Shown: positions 18,071 to 28,237 of the stretch, piece by piece
Layout of the letters: each line of letters opens with the position of its first letter
Position numbering within the stretch: the first letter of the stretch is position 1
Virus record (IMG/VR): IMGVR_UViG_3300025030_000045
Direction: 5' to 3' (one strand)
DNA length: 64,000 nucleotides
From: a virus
Translations under genes and position numbers: made by a program
The notes under the pieces: model-generated
Told to the model about the DNA's origin: nothing
Seen by the model: only the letters and a program-made list of their open reading frames with translations
Database searches by the model: none

Positions 18071-19948
18071 ATGACAGCACCATTAAGAAAGAATGACATC
18101 GTAGAACTAACAGACGTTGAACATGTTATCAAGCGTCCGGGTATTTACATCGGTTCCGTTAAAGAGTCGGTAGTTCCTATCAGGATGTATGAAGATGACA
18201 AGATGGTCATCCGTGAAACAGCATTCCTTCCCGGGCTCCAAAAGATCATTGAAGAAGTCATTGATAACTGCATTGATGAAAGTATCAAGACGGGTTTTAA
18301 GTACGGCACGACAATCGAAGTCAAGTATGACAACGGCATTATCACGGTAAGAGATGATGGTCGTGGATTACCGATCGAGAAAAATGGGGATGATAAGTGG
18401 ATTCCAGAAATCATCTTTACCAAGCTGCGTTCCGGTTCAAATTTCGACGATGATAAGCTCGAAGAACAGAAGGGCCAGAATGGTGTCGGTGTATCACTCA
18501 CAAACATCTTCTCCAAGTGGTTCAGGGTTCGGACGGCCAACGGCGCACTGTTCTATGAACAGACATATCGGAACTCTACGATGGTCAAAGAAAAACCGAC
18601 CGTCAGAAAATCAACAGAGAATTTCACCGAGATTTCGTTTGAACCGAACTATGATTACTTTAAGATCAGTCAAGACGGAATGAACATCTTGCCACAATTG
18701 ATCTTCCGCTATCTCAAGAACTCCGCCTTCTGTTATCCAGAGATTTGCTTCAAATTCAATGGGAAGAAGATCACCGCCACTCGGCTGAAAATCTTCCTTC
18801 AGGGAATCAGCGAAAACTTTGAATACTTCGAAGGTCAGAAGGCTAGGATCGGCGTTTTCTATTCAGACACCGACTTTGATCATCTATCATTCGTCAACGG
18901 CTTAGAGACACGGCGGGGTGGATCGCATATTGATTACCTTTCATGGAAGATATGCGATAACATTCGGGAGTTCATCAAAAGAAAACATAAGCTTGACGTC
19001 AAGCCCGCCGACATCAAAAGTAAGTTGTTCATCATGTTCTCAATGAGGATGCCTGGAGCAAGATTCAACGGTCAGACAAAAGAAGAGTTGATGAATAGCG
19101 TCACCGATTTTAAAGATATCATTGAGGAAGTTCTTAATGATAAATTCCTCGGTGCCATCTGTCGGAATGCAGATATCATTGATCCGATCGTCGAGACATA
19201 TAAGCTGAAAGAACAGGTCAAAGAAAATCTTGCACTGAAGAACGCAAGCAAGACGACAAAGAAAATCCGCGTTGAGAAATATCTTCCAGCAACAAAGGAA
19301 CATAAGTATCTCGTTCTTGCTGAAGGTGATTCGGCCGTTGGTGGTATCTCCGCCGTACTTGGTCGGGAACAGTTTGGATTCTTTCCTCTCAAAGGTAAAC
19401 CCCTCAATGCCTTTGAGGCGGCGACAAGGAAGATCGTTGAGAATGACGAAATCAAATCTATTCGTGATATCCTTAACCTAAATCTAGTCAAAGATAAACA
19501 AGACGAACTTCGTTATCAAAATGTTCTCCTCACCACCGACCAAGATGCAGACGGTATACACATTCGTTCGCTGCTTCTAGGTTTCTTCCATCGCTTCTCT
19601 CCTTCCCTCGTCAAGTCTAACCGCATCAAGTACATGCGAACGCCCCTCATTGCCCTTAAAAAGAAAGACAAGATCGTTCACTACTTCTTTGACTTCAATG
19701 CATATAATGATTGGCTATCAAAGAACTCCACGAACGGCTTTGAAATCAAGTACTATAAAGGGTTGGGTAGCTTCCGTGGACCAGAATTGAAGGAGTTGAT
19801 TGTCCGCGAAGGCATTGACCATTTCATCCAGGACTTTGAGTTTGATGATGATGCTGCTACATCAATAAAGAATTGGTTAAGCGCTACGACCGTCGATGAG
19901 AGGAAGAAAGTACTCAGAGGAAATGCCTTCGTTATCGACGCAATGTAA
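18071..19948 (+). CDS. Type II topoisomerase large subunit (gp39+gp60 fused)
   Basis: EHVIKRPGIYIGS, DNCIDE, GQNGVG, AEGDSA, PLKGK, DQDADG, YYKGLG. Confidence 0.95.
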   Translation: MTAPLRKNDIVELTDVEHVIKRPGIYIGSVKESVVPIRMYEDDKMVIRETAFLPGLQKIIEEVIDNCIDESIKTGFKYGTTIEVKYDNGIITVRDDGRGLPIEKNGDDKWIPEIIFTKLRSGSNFDDDKLEEQKGQNGVGVSLTNIFSKWFRVRTANGALFYEQTYRNSTMVKEKPTVRKSTENFTEISFEPNYDYFKISQDGMNILPQLIFRYLKNSAFCYPEICFKFNGKKITATRLKIFLQGISENFEYFEGQKARIGVFYSDTDFDHLSFVNGLETRRGGSHIDYLSWKICDNIREFIKRKHKLDVKPADIKSKLFIMFSMRMPGARFNGQTKEELMNSVTDFKDIIEEVLNDKFLGAICRNADIIDPIVETYKLKEQVKENLALKNASKTTKKIRVEKYLPATKEHKYLVLAEGDSAVGGISAVLGREQFGFFPLKGKPLNAFEAATRKIVENDEIKSIRDILNLNLVKDKQDELRYQNVLLTTDQDADGIHIRSLLLGFFHRFSPSLVKSNRIKYMRTPLIALKKKDKIVHYFFDFNAYNDWLSKNSTNGFEIKYYKGLGSFRGPELKELIVREGIDHFIQDFEFDDDAATSIKNWLSATTVDERKKVLRGNAFVIDAM

Positions 19949-20288
19949 TTGACATCTCTCCAACTCTTTGATATAATAGGAGTCTTGATGAAACAAAGAT
20001 TAACTGAAGAAATGGCCAGGAGAGTTTATGATGAACTGATCGATGCTGCTGGAGCAAATCCTGTAGACAAAGATTATTTCATCTGGGCACTCAGTAATAA
20101 AGACCCGTTTTCACGATGGGTAATCATGAATAGCCGATTCGGTAAGTCTGTTAATTTTTGGAATGTCAATCATCGATTGTATGTTACAGTCGGTCATCTA
20201 TCTGTCAGTGAAGCAAACGAGAAAATACTCCATGAACTAAATGAACGACTACAATTAATCAACGATAAAAGAAACGGAGAAAAAGAAA

Positions 20289-20840
20289 ATGGCAAAACTT
20301 ACAATGGATGCAAAGAAGATAGCAGTCAATCGTTTAACCGCGGCGGTGTTTGCTGAACGCACGGCGGCACTTGATAAAATTAAGATTGAATTTTCGCATC
20401 GACTGTATGCGATCCTTACCGAGAATAAATCACAGGAAGTTCTTACCAAAGATATACCACTATCCTTCCGTAGCACATCTTGCACTTTTGATTGTCATCT
20501 TGAGGGCAGGAGTGTTAGTGGAAATATGGGAGATGAACGCGTCATCGTACCCCGCGATAACCGATTCAACACGGGATCAATTCCATTAGAGCAACAGCAG
20601 GCATTAGTGGTCGAGTATGTTGATATCACCGCTGACTATAAGAGCATCAGCAAAGACATGGATAGTTTTCGGTGGTCGCTCAATAATGCCATCAGAAATA
20701 AAACCACTCACAAGTCTGTAGTCGATGATTACCCGCAACTCGAACAGTACCTTCCATCAGACAACCTTCCAGCGAAATCATGCGGAACTGTAATTGATCT
20801 TCCGACCATGATTGAAGAGATGCAAAATAAACGTCCTTAA
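20289..20840 (+). CDS. Hypothetical protein
   Basis: GGAG SD; 183 aa. Confidence 0.55.
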   Translation: MAKLTMDAKKIAVNRLTAAVFAERTAALDKIKIEFSHRLYAILTENKSQEVLTKDIPLSFRSTSCTFDCHLEGRSVSGNMGDERVIVPRDNRFNTGSIPLEQQQALVVEYVDITADYKSISKDMDSFRWSLNNAIRNKTTHKSVVDDYPQLEQYLPSDNLPAKSCGTVIDLPTMIEEMQNKRP

Positions 20841-20849
20841 GGAGAACAC

Positions 20850-21059
20850 ATGAAACAAAAACTTAAAGCGGTAAAGGAATTCTTTTCTTTTCTGATTGAC
20901 ATGATGACACTACCGTTTCGATATGCATTTGATATCGGCGGGGAAAGATCGAACGACGGATGGGGTTTCGTGGGAATGATGGCGTTTTGTATCTTCATCA
21001 TTGAGGTGCTCGATGTCATTGTGCTTGTTTTACTCTATAAATTGTATTTTGGGAGTTAA
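20850..21059 (+). CDS. Small membrane protein
   Basis: AAGGAG SD; C-terminal TM. Confidence 0.55.
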   Translation: MKQKLKAVKEFFSFLIDMMTLPFRYAFDIGGERSNDGWGFVGMMAFCIFIIEVLDVIVLVLLYKLYFGS

Positions 21060-21062
21060 CGT

Positions 21063-21533
21063 TTGAAAATCACCGACTTCTTTACAAATGAACATTCTCA
21101 GTTTTCACAGTATGATCTTTATCGGTCAGTTGCTTGTTATGTAGATGGCCTAAAACCTTCCTCCAGAAAGGTGATCCATACGGTACTGCGGAACAATATT
21201 ACTTCACCGATTAAAGTCAGCCAGTTGATGTCTAAGGTTGCTGAATGTCTACACCCAGATACGCTGATTAACATTGAAGGCGAACTTATAACCGTCAAAG
21301 AATTGATTGGTAAAAATTTTGATATTCAATCATTTAATGAAAACTCTAAACAGTGGGAATTAGATGAATGTTTGGATGTATTTGTTACCAAACAGAGCGA
21401 CGAATTTATTGAGATCGAGTTGGTGAACGGTGAAACATTCAAGGTGACGCCGAATCATCCGATAAGAACGATTTCTGGTTGGAAGCGGGCCGATGCTCTT
21501 ACAGCGGACGATGAAATAGTTTCGTTAGTGTAA
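21063..21533 (+). CDS. Topoisomerase II gp52 N-extein (61 aa) fused to the N-half of a split intein (95 aa)
   Basis: DGLKPSSRK...KVSQL...AE then CLHPDT (block A, nt 21246) and VTPNHP (block B), then a stop. Confidence 0.92.
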   Translation: MKITDFFTNEHSQFSQYDLYRSVACYVDGLKPSSRKVIHTVLRNNITSPIKVSQLMSKVAECLHPDTLINIEGELITVKELIGKNFDIQSFNENSKQWELDECLDVFVTKQSDEFIEIELVNGETFKVTPNHPIRTISGWKRADALTADDEIVSLV

Positions 21534-21544
21534 TTTACGATTTT

Positions 21545-21592
21545 TCACCATGAAGATATAAATACCTTTAAACGGAGGTATCTTCATGGTGA
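21545..21592 (+). promoter_or_regulatory. Start-codon-sequestering hairpin with embedded late promoter
   Basis: Perfect 14-bp IR TCACCATGAAGATA/TATCTTCATGGTGA; TATAAATA at 21557. Confidence 0.8.
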
Positions 21593-22371
21593 TACAAGAT
21601 AAACCACATTCGTATTTAATTACACATTTACAGACAGGCGATCGTTATGTTGGAATAGTATTAAAAAGAGGGAAGACATTATTTGACAGATTTGAAGAAC
21701 ATATGACGAGAAGAGGCGCCCTTGGTTTTATTCCTTATCTTGAAGATGGTTTTTCGAATGACGATTTTTCCATATCTCTAATCAGTTATTATGATTCTAG
21801 GTATGAGGCTGGTAAAGATGAAACGAGATTAATCAAATCGTTAAAACCAGAAATTAATAACAACTGTGGTGGTAGTTATGACTGGGTGCACTACAAACTT
21901 CGCGGTTTTTGTTGGTTATCTTTTAGCGGACTTCGCCGCAAAATAAACAGCACACCAATTCAACGTAGAATAGATTCTTTATCTTTTACTCAATACGAGA
22001 ATGATTTTGATTATGATGGTCGTCATAACCGTGGTGGAGAATATGTAATTCTGTTAAACAGATTCGGTAGGGACCACACAAAAATTTTAAGTAATGATAA
22101 TTGGAAGAATGGTAGAAAAAAATATAAACAAAGAATGAACAAAAAAGAATTTACTGATGCTGAAAAATTGTCATATAGTAAAAGAGATGCAATGGTTAAG
22201 AATATATGGGAAGGCCGCGACGAAACCACCAGAAAAACAATAGCAGCGAATGGTTTATCAATAATGAATGCAAAAATTTGGGCCTGTGAACATTGTGGGT
22301 TCATAACAACAAAAGGTAACTACGGGAGATGGCATGGAGATAAATGCAAGCATAAAAATAAAGTCAATTAA
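21586..22371 (+). mobile_element. Free-standing homing endonuclease (GIY-YIG-like) between the intein halves
   Basis: SYLI...YVG...R..EH; C-terminal CEHC...RWHGDKC. Confidence 0.75.
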
Positions 22372-23611
22372 AAGAATAAAGTTAGAAAAACCAATTGACG
22401 TATATGATCTTCATGTGAAGAAAAATCATAATTTTCCTATTGGTAAATCTGGAATTTGTGTTCACAATTGCACACAATACTTACACGGTGAGCAGAGTCT
22501 CGGTGGCGTCATCTGTGGATTGGCCCAAGATTTCGTCGGAACGAATAACATTACGCTGATGATTCCCGATGGAACGTTCGGCTCTCGTTTGAAACCGGCC
22601 CCGTCTGCAACTCGTTACATCTTCACCTACAAGGCTCCTGTCTTTAATCAAATTTTCAATAAGGATGACATCCCGCTTCTCACCGAGCAGGTTTTCGAGG
22701 GAGATGTCATTGAGCCGAGATTCTTTGTTCCGACCTTGCCACTCATTCTCATCAACGGCTCAGAAGGTATCGGTTCTGGTTGGTCACAGAAGATTCTTCC
22801 TCGCGATTCTAAGGAGGTTACCAAACACATTCGTAATTATCTGAAGAATGGAAAATTGCCACAACGGATTGCTCCTTATTATAAGGGCTTTAACGGTGTG
22901 ATTGAATACGAAGCAGAGAAGAACCGTTGGTTGATTAAAGGTGACTTTGAGAAAGTCAATCGGACCACACTTCGTATTACAGAACTACCGATCGGATATG
23001 ACCTCGATAAGTATGTCAAAGTGTTGACAGAACTTGAAGAGAAAAAGGTCATCCGGGATTTTGATGACCTTTCTAATCCAGGAAATAGTAAGTTTGAATT
23101 CATCGTTAAGGTTACAAGCGAATTCATTGATCGTGATAAAGAGATCGTGCTCAATGATCTCAAACTCATCAAACGAGTAACAGAGAACTTCACATGTCTT
23201 GACGAGAACAACATGGTCCGCGAGTTCAAGTCTGATATTGAGATTCTTGAAGACTATTGCAAAATTCGTCTTCGGTATTATCAGCTCCGTAAAGACTCAA
23301 TTCTTGATAAACTTACGAATCAGATTACAGTTGCCCAAGCAAAGTATCAATTCATCGGTGACGTTCTTGATAAGGCGATCATCCTCGAACGCCGCAGGAA
23401 AGACGAAATCATTACACAGATCCAAGCTCGGGGATATGACGAGGTAGAAGGATCATACGCTTATCTCATCAACATGCCACTGCACTCTCTATCAGAAGAT
23501 ACGATGTCTGAATTAAAGAAAAAGTGGCTTGAGCATTCTGAAGAATATAAAGTAGTTGCCGATACGTCTCCTGGTCAATTCTGGGAAGACGATCTCAAGG
23601 AAATAAAATGA
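22334..23611 (+). CDS. Split intein C-half (45 aa) fused to topoisomerase II gp52 C-extein
   Basis: VYDLHV..NHNF...VHN/C then YLHGEQSL, FGSR, catalytic TRYIFT and LINGSEGIG. Confidence 0.92.
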   Translation: MEINASIKIKSIKRIKLEKPIDVYDLHVKKNHNFPIGKSGICVHNCTQYLHGEQSLGGVICGLAQDFVGTNNITLMIPDGTFGSRLKPAPSATRYIFTYKAPVFNQIFNKDDIPLLTEQVFEGDVIEPRFFVPTLPLILINGSEGIGSGWSQKILPRDSKEVTKHIRNYLKNGKLPQRIAPYYKGFNGVIEYEAEKNRWLIKGDFEKVNRTTLRITELPIGYDLDKYVKVLTELEEKKVIRDFDDLSNPGNSKFEFIVKVTSEFIDRDKEIVLNDLKLIKRVTENFTCLDENNMVREFKSDIEILEDYCKIRLRYYQLRKDSILDKLTNQITVAQAKYQFIGDVLDKAIILERRRKDEIITQIQARGYDEVEGSYAYLINMPLHSLSEDTMSELKKKWLEHSEEYKVVADTSPGQFWEDDLKEIK

Positions 23612-23811
23612 AGATGATTTTTGGCCTCAAAGATAAAGTTGGGCGATCAATCACCGCCGAGTTAACAGATGAAGGTAAACTCTCGGTGTTAATTGAATAT
23701 AGAGGTGTGATGAACGAAACGGATGTTCGCGACACATTTCAACGTCTTGGTTGGGTACTTGAAACAGAGTGTACCGATAAACTTTTAACCCTTCACTAGG
23801 AGAACATTTAA

Positions 23812-24120
23812 ATGACAGAAGCACAAGTTGTTTCACCGAAAAGAGAATTGAGCGCCGAAGAGCGTTATGAACAAATTTTGGCCGATCTGATGGCACAAGG
23901 AATGACGCCCCGCAAAGCAAAGCGTTATCTCGCCGCTCATACCAGGCGTGTCATTAAGAAGATTCATCGGCGTGTTGATAAAGTGAAGGCTACCGCAAAG
24001 AAGGCCGGTTATAAAGAACCGACCCGTGAAGAATTGCTCGGCGAAGAGAATGTCGAACTTGCAGAAGATGTTCCGCTATTGACCGACGATGTTCTTGAAA
24101 CACAACAGGGACCCCTGTAA
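23812..24120 (+). CDS. Hypothetical protein
   Basis: AGGAG SD. Confidence 0.55.
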   Translation: MTEAQVVSPKRELSAEERYEQILADLMAQGMTPRKAKRYLAAHTRRVIKKIHRRVDKVKATAKKAGYKEPTREELLGEENVELAEDVPLLTDDVLETQQGPL

Positions 24121-24182
24121 TTTCCATTGACATTGTCTCGCTGATTTGTTAAAATAGACGAATCAAATGACGGAGAATCTTT

Positions 24183-24470
24183 ATGCCTGTTGGACCCGGA
24201 TTATTTTTAGAAGTCAATAGATCTCATCTGCTTCACGGTATTGACTATATCGATAGCATGCTTAAGATGGCTGCTAAAAGCAAGAATATCGATTATATGT
24301 CAGTAAATAAAGTCAAAATCCCATTAAGAGATTTTTTTAATATGGGAGAGTTGAACGAGATCATATTTGCATATGAGAAGGCTGGGTGGTCAAAGGTCGA
24401 ATATGAATCCGGTCATAAATTTCTACCCGAAGGTTTTTACGGTCAGCTTGTATTCTCGGCTAAGAAATGA
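24183..24470 (+). CDS. Hypothetical protein, paralog of 24896..25168
   Basis: MPVGP...Y..AGWSKVE shared. Confidence 0.6.
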   Translation: MPVGPGLFLEVNRSHLLHGIDYIDSMLKMAAKSKNIDYMSVNKVKIPLRDFFNMGELNEIIFAYEKAGWSKVEYESGHKFLPEGFYGQLVFSAKK

Positions 24471-24482
24471 GATAGTGTTAAA

Positions 24483-24905
24483 ATGAAAAAATCAGATCAT
24501 CTATTAGATACAGCAAATGCGGAACTCGATGCAATGGTCAAGGAAGTAACAAACGAATTCTTGACCGATAAATTTCTTGGTCGATGTTGGCACGATTGGC
24601 AAGATTTACATAAATGTAAGGGTGGACAAGAAGAGTATAATGTCTATCTTTATAAGTGTTCTAAATGTGGTGAAGTTGGAGAGGATCATGAGTATGGGCA
24701 TTCATGTTTCAATGACTCGCCCGACCTCTTCACCTGGGATGGTTTTGGTCTGCTCTGGGATAAAGTACAAGGAAAGAAATGGTTCCCCGATTTCTGGACA
24801 GCTAATATGGAAATGGCATGGAGTAAACCACACTCTATTATCAATCGCCTCACCTTTCCAACGATCTTAATGAACTACATAAAGAAGGAGAACCTATGCC
24901 CGTAG
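24483..24905 (+). CDS. Hypothetical Zn-ribbon protein
   Basis: CWHDW...CSKCG. Confidence 0.55.
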   Translation: MKKSDHLLDTANAELDAMVKEVTNEFLTDKFLGRCWHDWQDLHKCKGGQEEYNVYLYKCSKCGEVGEDHEYGHSCFNDSPDLFTWDGFGLLWDKVQGKKWFPDFWTANMEMAWSKPHSIINRLTFPTILMNYIKKENLCP

Positions 24906-25168
24906 GACCTGAAATATTTGAGCGCCTTCGTGAGCCGATCCTTGGAAACACACTGAGGATTATTGACGGTAAGTTGAAGGATTGTGCAAGAAACAATCAA
25001 CTCATCGGAGAGTCCGTTGACATCATTCTCCCCGACAACCTAAACATGACCGAGCGTAAAGAGGTTGTTAGATTATACGTTGATGCCGGTTGGTCGAAAG
25101 TTGAATGTAAAACATGGGCGGACACGCAACTCCGCTCTGGTACTATTATGTTCACATTTTGGAAATAA
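24896..25168 (+). CDS. Hypothetical protein, paralog of 24183..24470
   Basis: Shared motifs; AAGGAG SD. Confidence 0.6.
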   Translation: MPVGPEIFERLREPILGNTLRIIDGKLKDCARNNQLIGESVDIILPDNLNMTERKEVVRLYVDAGWSKVECKTWADTQLRSGTIMFTFWK

Positions 25169-25171
25169 ACA

Positions 25172-25420
25172 ATGCAAATACTTTTATCACCAGAAGAATA
25201 TGCGGCACTAGTTCCAAAGGAGAAGTTTGATAAACTCCAAGTTGCTAACGATGAACTCCGAAAGAAGTTTCTCGAAGCAAAGAACTTCATCTGCATCCAT
25301 GAATTTTCTTCGTCACATACTTATTGTACCCAATGCCCGCTTTATCCGACTGAACTTAATTCCCTCAGTATCGAAATGCTTGGTTATCTCTGCCCCTTCA
25401 ATAAGCAACTCCCGAAGTAA
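25172..25420 (+). CDS. Hypothetical Cys-rich protein
   Basis: CIH...CTQCP...CP. Confidence 0.5.
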   Translation: MQILLSPEEYAALVPKEKFDKLQVANDELRKKFLEAKNFICIHEFSSSHTYCTQCPLYPTELNSLSIEMLGYLCPFNKQLPK

Positions 25421-25504
25421 ATCAAATTCCGTTAACATCATAATGTAATGTGTAGCCTTCTTAACTGAGGGCTACTATACACTCGTCTCTTTTGGAGGTA
25501 TGCC

Positions 25505-26467
25505 ATGGACATGTTCAATATGGCAAAGCAAAATCGTATTCTTGAAATTCAGGTTGGTTCACGTCTCTACGGAACGTCGAATGATGATCCGACCAAAGGC
25601 AAGTTGTCTGACACGGATTACTCTGGTGTGTTCGTAGCCGATCTCTCTTGTTACATTGGATTTAACCATGTAGAGGAGGTTGACTTTTCGAAGATCAGTA
25701 AACTCGAGAATGGTCAGAACGCCCCAGATGCAATTGATAAGAAGTTGTATGAAGTGAAGAAGTTCCTTCGTTTGGCGATGGATAACAACCCAAACATCAT
25801 TGAGCATGTTTTCGTCAATGAAAAGAACATTGTCTATTCAAATCATTGGGGCAAAGAGATTCTTCGTTATGCAAAATTATTTCCGCATAAAGGATGTTTT
25901 GAGAAATTCATCGGTTATGCAACCTCACAGAAGCACAAGATGATTATCAAACGTGATAACATGGAGTTCATTGAGGCGGCAATCGAGTTCTTTTCTAAAC
26001 AAGACCCCAAATCTCTAATGGCAGAACACAAACAAATGTTCGGTTTGTGTAAGTTTAAATTCAACAACAACCATGTTACGATTGGCGACATGGCGATTCA
26101 ATTGAACATCAATGTCAAGCGGGCATTGGAACAATTGAATGAACGTAAAGACAAATTTGGTAGTCGCCATGAGCTCGTATCAAAGCATGGTTACGATACG
26201 AAATTTGCATCGCATCTTATTCGTTTATTGAAGGAAGGAGAAGACCTTCTCAAGTATGGTGAATTGACGTTCCCACTGCCACAGGCCGAGCTTATTCTTG
26301 ACATCAAGCAGGGTAAATACTCTGTAGAAGAAGTTATGCATATGGCAACAATGACCGAGGATGACATGCGATGCGCGCTGAACGAATCAAAGCTACCAAG
26401 TGGTCCTCGTGTATGGAACATCGAACAATTATTGCTTCAGATCATTCGTGGACATCATAATTTTTAA
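25505..26467 (+). CDS. Pol-beta-superfamily nucleotidyltransferase (RlaP-like)
   Basis: GSRLYGT...SDTDYSGVF, NPNIIE, YDTKFASHLIRL. Confidence 0.85.
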   Translation: MDMFNMAKQNRILEIQVGSRLYGTSNDDPTKGKLSDTDYSGVFVADLSCYIGFNHVEEVDFSKISKLENGQNAPDAIDKKLYEVKKFLRLAMDNNPNIIEHVFVNEKNIVYSNHWGKEILRYAKLFPHKGCFEKFIGYATSQKHKMIIKRDNMEFIEAAIEFFSKQDPKSLMAEHKQMFGLCKFKFNNNHVTIGDMAIQLNINVKRALEQLNERKDKFGSRHELVSKHGYDTKFASHLIRLLKEGEDLLKYGELTFPLPQAELILDIKQGKYSVEEVMHMATMTEDDMRCALNESKLPSGPRVWNIEQLLLQIIRGHHNF

Positions 26468-26477
26468 GGAGGATTGT

Positions 26478-26729
26478 ATGATAACTATTATTTTTATCGT
26501 AAACGGTGTTGATGTCCACATTGAGGCCGACGGAAATCAACCGCTATCGGTAGCCAGGAACCTTGCTCTCACTGAGTCAAATAATACCGGGCGACCGATG
26601 GATGAATGGGAAGTTCATAATGACGAAGGTGTCTTACTTGATCCCTTGAAGACGCCAATTGAGCTTAACATACAAAACGCTGATAGATTATTTCTAAATC
26701 TCAGCGTCGGGTGCGGCGGACATAACTGA
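26478..26729 (+). CDS. Ubiquitin-like protein (DUF2604/BilA-like)
   Basis: IVNG...EA..NQPL...AL..SNNTGRP..EWE....G.LLD...LFLNL.VG.GG; AAGGAGG SD. Confidence 0.75.
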   Translation: MITIIFIVNGVDVHIEADGNQPLSVARNLALTESNNTGRPMDEWEVHNDEGVLLDPLKTPIELNIQNADRLFLNLSVGCGGHN

Positions 26730-26914
26730 TGCCAAAGATTAAATGCTCTGCTAATGATTGTTTACACCACAAACATGGTACGTGTTGGGTAACTGAAGAT
26801 ACCACTATTGATATTTCTCTAGACGATGGCCATGCGGTGTGCCTTGACTATTCTCCCGTCACAAACCGCGAGTATGTGTTAATCACCGGTAAAGAAAGGG
26901 AAACAACAAAATGA
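26729..26914 (+). CDS. Small Cys-rich protein (DUF1540-like)
   Basis: IKCSANDCLHH...C...C..Y. Confidence 0.55.
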   Translation: MPKIKCSANDCLHHKHGTCWVTEDTTIDISLDDGHAVCLDYSPVTNREYVLITGKERETTK

Positions 26915-27396
26915 AACCGAGCATTTACCTAGCAGGACCGATTACTGGGTTACATTATTCAGACTCTATTGGCTGGCGAGATCGTGCGGCCGCTGCCTTC
27001 AAAGATAGTGGTATCGTGTGTTTCTCGCCACTCCGGGCAAAGAGTTATCTACGACCGACAAACGGCGATCCCAACTTAATGCAAGATGTCATAAAGGATA
27101 CATATGAAGAACATGTTCTATCGTCACAGCGCGGAATCTTCGGTCGTGATTATCATGATGCAACGAAACGAGATCTTATTTTTGTTAACCTTCTTGGCGC
27201 CGATCGCATCAGCATAGGCACCGTCATGGAGATGGCATGGGCGTTTCAAGCAAATGTACCAATTGTGCTTGTCATGGAGAAGACCGGATATCCCCACGAA
27301 CACGCTATGCTCCGCGAGACTTCATATTTTCGTACAGATGATTTTGATGAGGGCGTTCATATTGCAAAAACAATTCTTCTACCAGTTCCGCATTAA
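26911..27396 (+). CDS. Nucleoside 2-deoxyribosyltransferase-like protein
   Basis: IYLAGPI...RD...D...SIGTVME. Confidence 0.8.
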   Translation: MKPSIYLAGPITGLHYSDSIGWRDRAAAAFKDSGIVCFSPLRAKSYLRPTNGDPNLMQDVIKDTYEEHVLSSQRGIFGRDYHDATKRDLIFVNLLGADRISIGTVMEMAWAFQANVPIVLVMEKTGYPHEHAMLRETSYFRTDDFDEGVHIAKTILLPVPH

Positions 27397-27470
27397 CTAT
27401 TGACATACATCATCATTTAGTTTAAAATAGCGGTCCAATCAATCAACCACAACTAAAAGGAGCAACACAA

Positions 27471-28145
27471 ATGAAATTTTCTGACACAGAACTCGGCATT
27501 CTCAAAAACTTTGCCGGCATCAATCCTTCAATGGTCATCTATCCTGACCGCCTTGAAGTCATCAACAATACCAAGACGATTGTTGGGAAGTATAAGTTCG
27601 ACAATCCCTACGGATTTGACTCTTTCGGTATTTATGAAGTGACAGAGTTGCTTCAGGCCGTCGGTGCCTTCAAGGATGCGGACATTGATGTTCAGACAAA
27701 ACGTCTTGTCATTAAAGATGGTGGAGCAAAGATCACCTATTACACCACACCGTCTGAACTCTGCCCCAATGTCCCGGACATTGATAAGAAGTTTGCTACT
27801 GTTGATTGCGAGCTTGACTTCTCTTTGCCCGCCGAAAAGCTTGCAACGATCTTCAAGATGGCATCTGTCCTGAAGGCGGAGTTTGTTTTCTTCGAGACCG
27901 ACGAGAAAGACAACGGCATTCGTATCACTGTTGCCAAGGAAAAGGATTCGACAGCAAACGCATTTGACATCGTCATTCGCGAAGGCATCCGTTCCAACAC
28001 TCTCGGTAAAGGTGTCATCAAGATGGCCGTCTCCGAACTCAAGATTCTTCCGGGTGACTATGATGTCAAAATCTCTTCAAAGAAAATCACCAAATGGGGC
28101 TCTTACACCGGCGTTGAGTATTACATCGGATGTAATGTCATTTAA
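27471..28145 (+). CDS. gp45: Sliding clamp
   Basis: LKNFAGINPS, FGIYE, LPGDYDV.IS; synteny with gp44 and gp62. Confidence 0.9.
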   Translation: MKFSDTELGILKNFAGINPSMVIYPDRLEVINNTKTIVGKYKFDNPYGFDSFGIYEVTELLQAVGAFKDADIDVQTKRLVIKDGGAKITYYTTPSELCPNVPDIDKKFATVDCELDFSLPAEKLATIFKMASVLKAEFVFFETDEKDNGIRITVAKEKDSTANAFDIVIREGIRSNTLGKGVIKMAVSELKILPGDYDVKISSKKITKWGSYTGVEYYIGCNVI

Positions 28146-28159
28146 TTTGTAGTGGTAGT

Positions 28160-28206
28160 AATTGAATAGGGCAACCCGAACAAATTAAGGTTGCCCTATT
28201 CAATTC
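28160..28206 (+). terminator. Long stem-loop
   Basis: AATTGAATAGGGCAACC...GGTTGCCCTATTCAATT. Confidence 0.6.
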
Positions 28207-28237
28207 ATAAAAAAATTAATGAAAGAGGACGAGGAAT

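Noticed and set aside
18071-19948. T4 gene 60-style ribosomal bypass
   Set aside because: ATPase and TOPRIM regions form one continuous ORF
21534-22468. Group I intron or frameshifted pseudogene in gp52
   Set aside because: Intact intein blocks A/B and F/G with separate SD and start sites explain the interruption; no intron core was recognised
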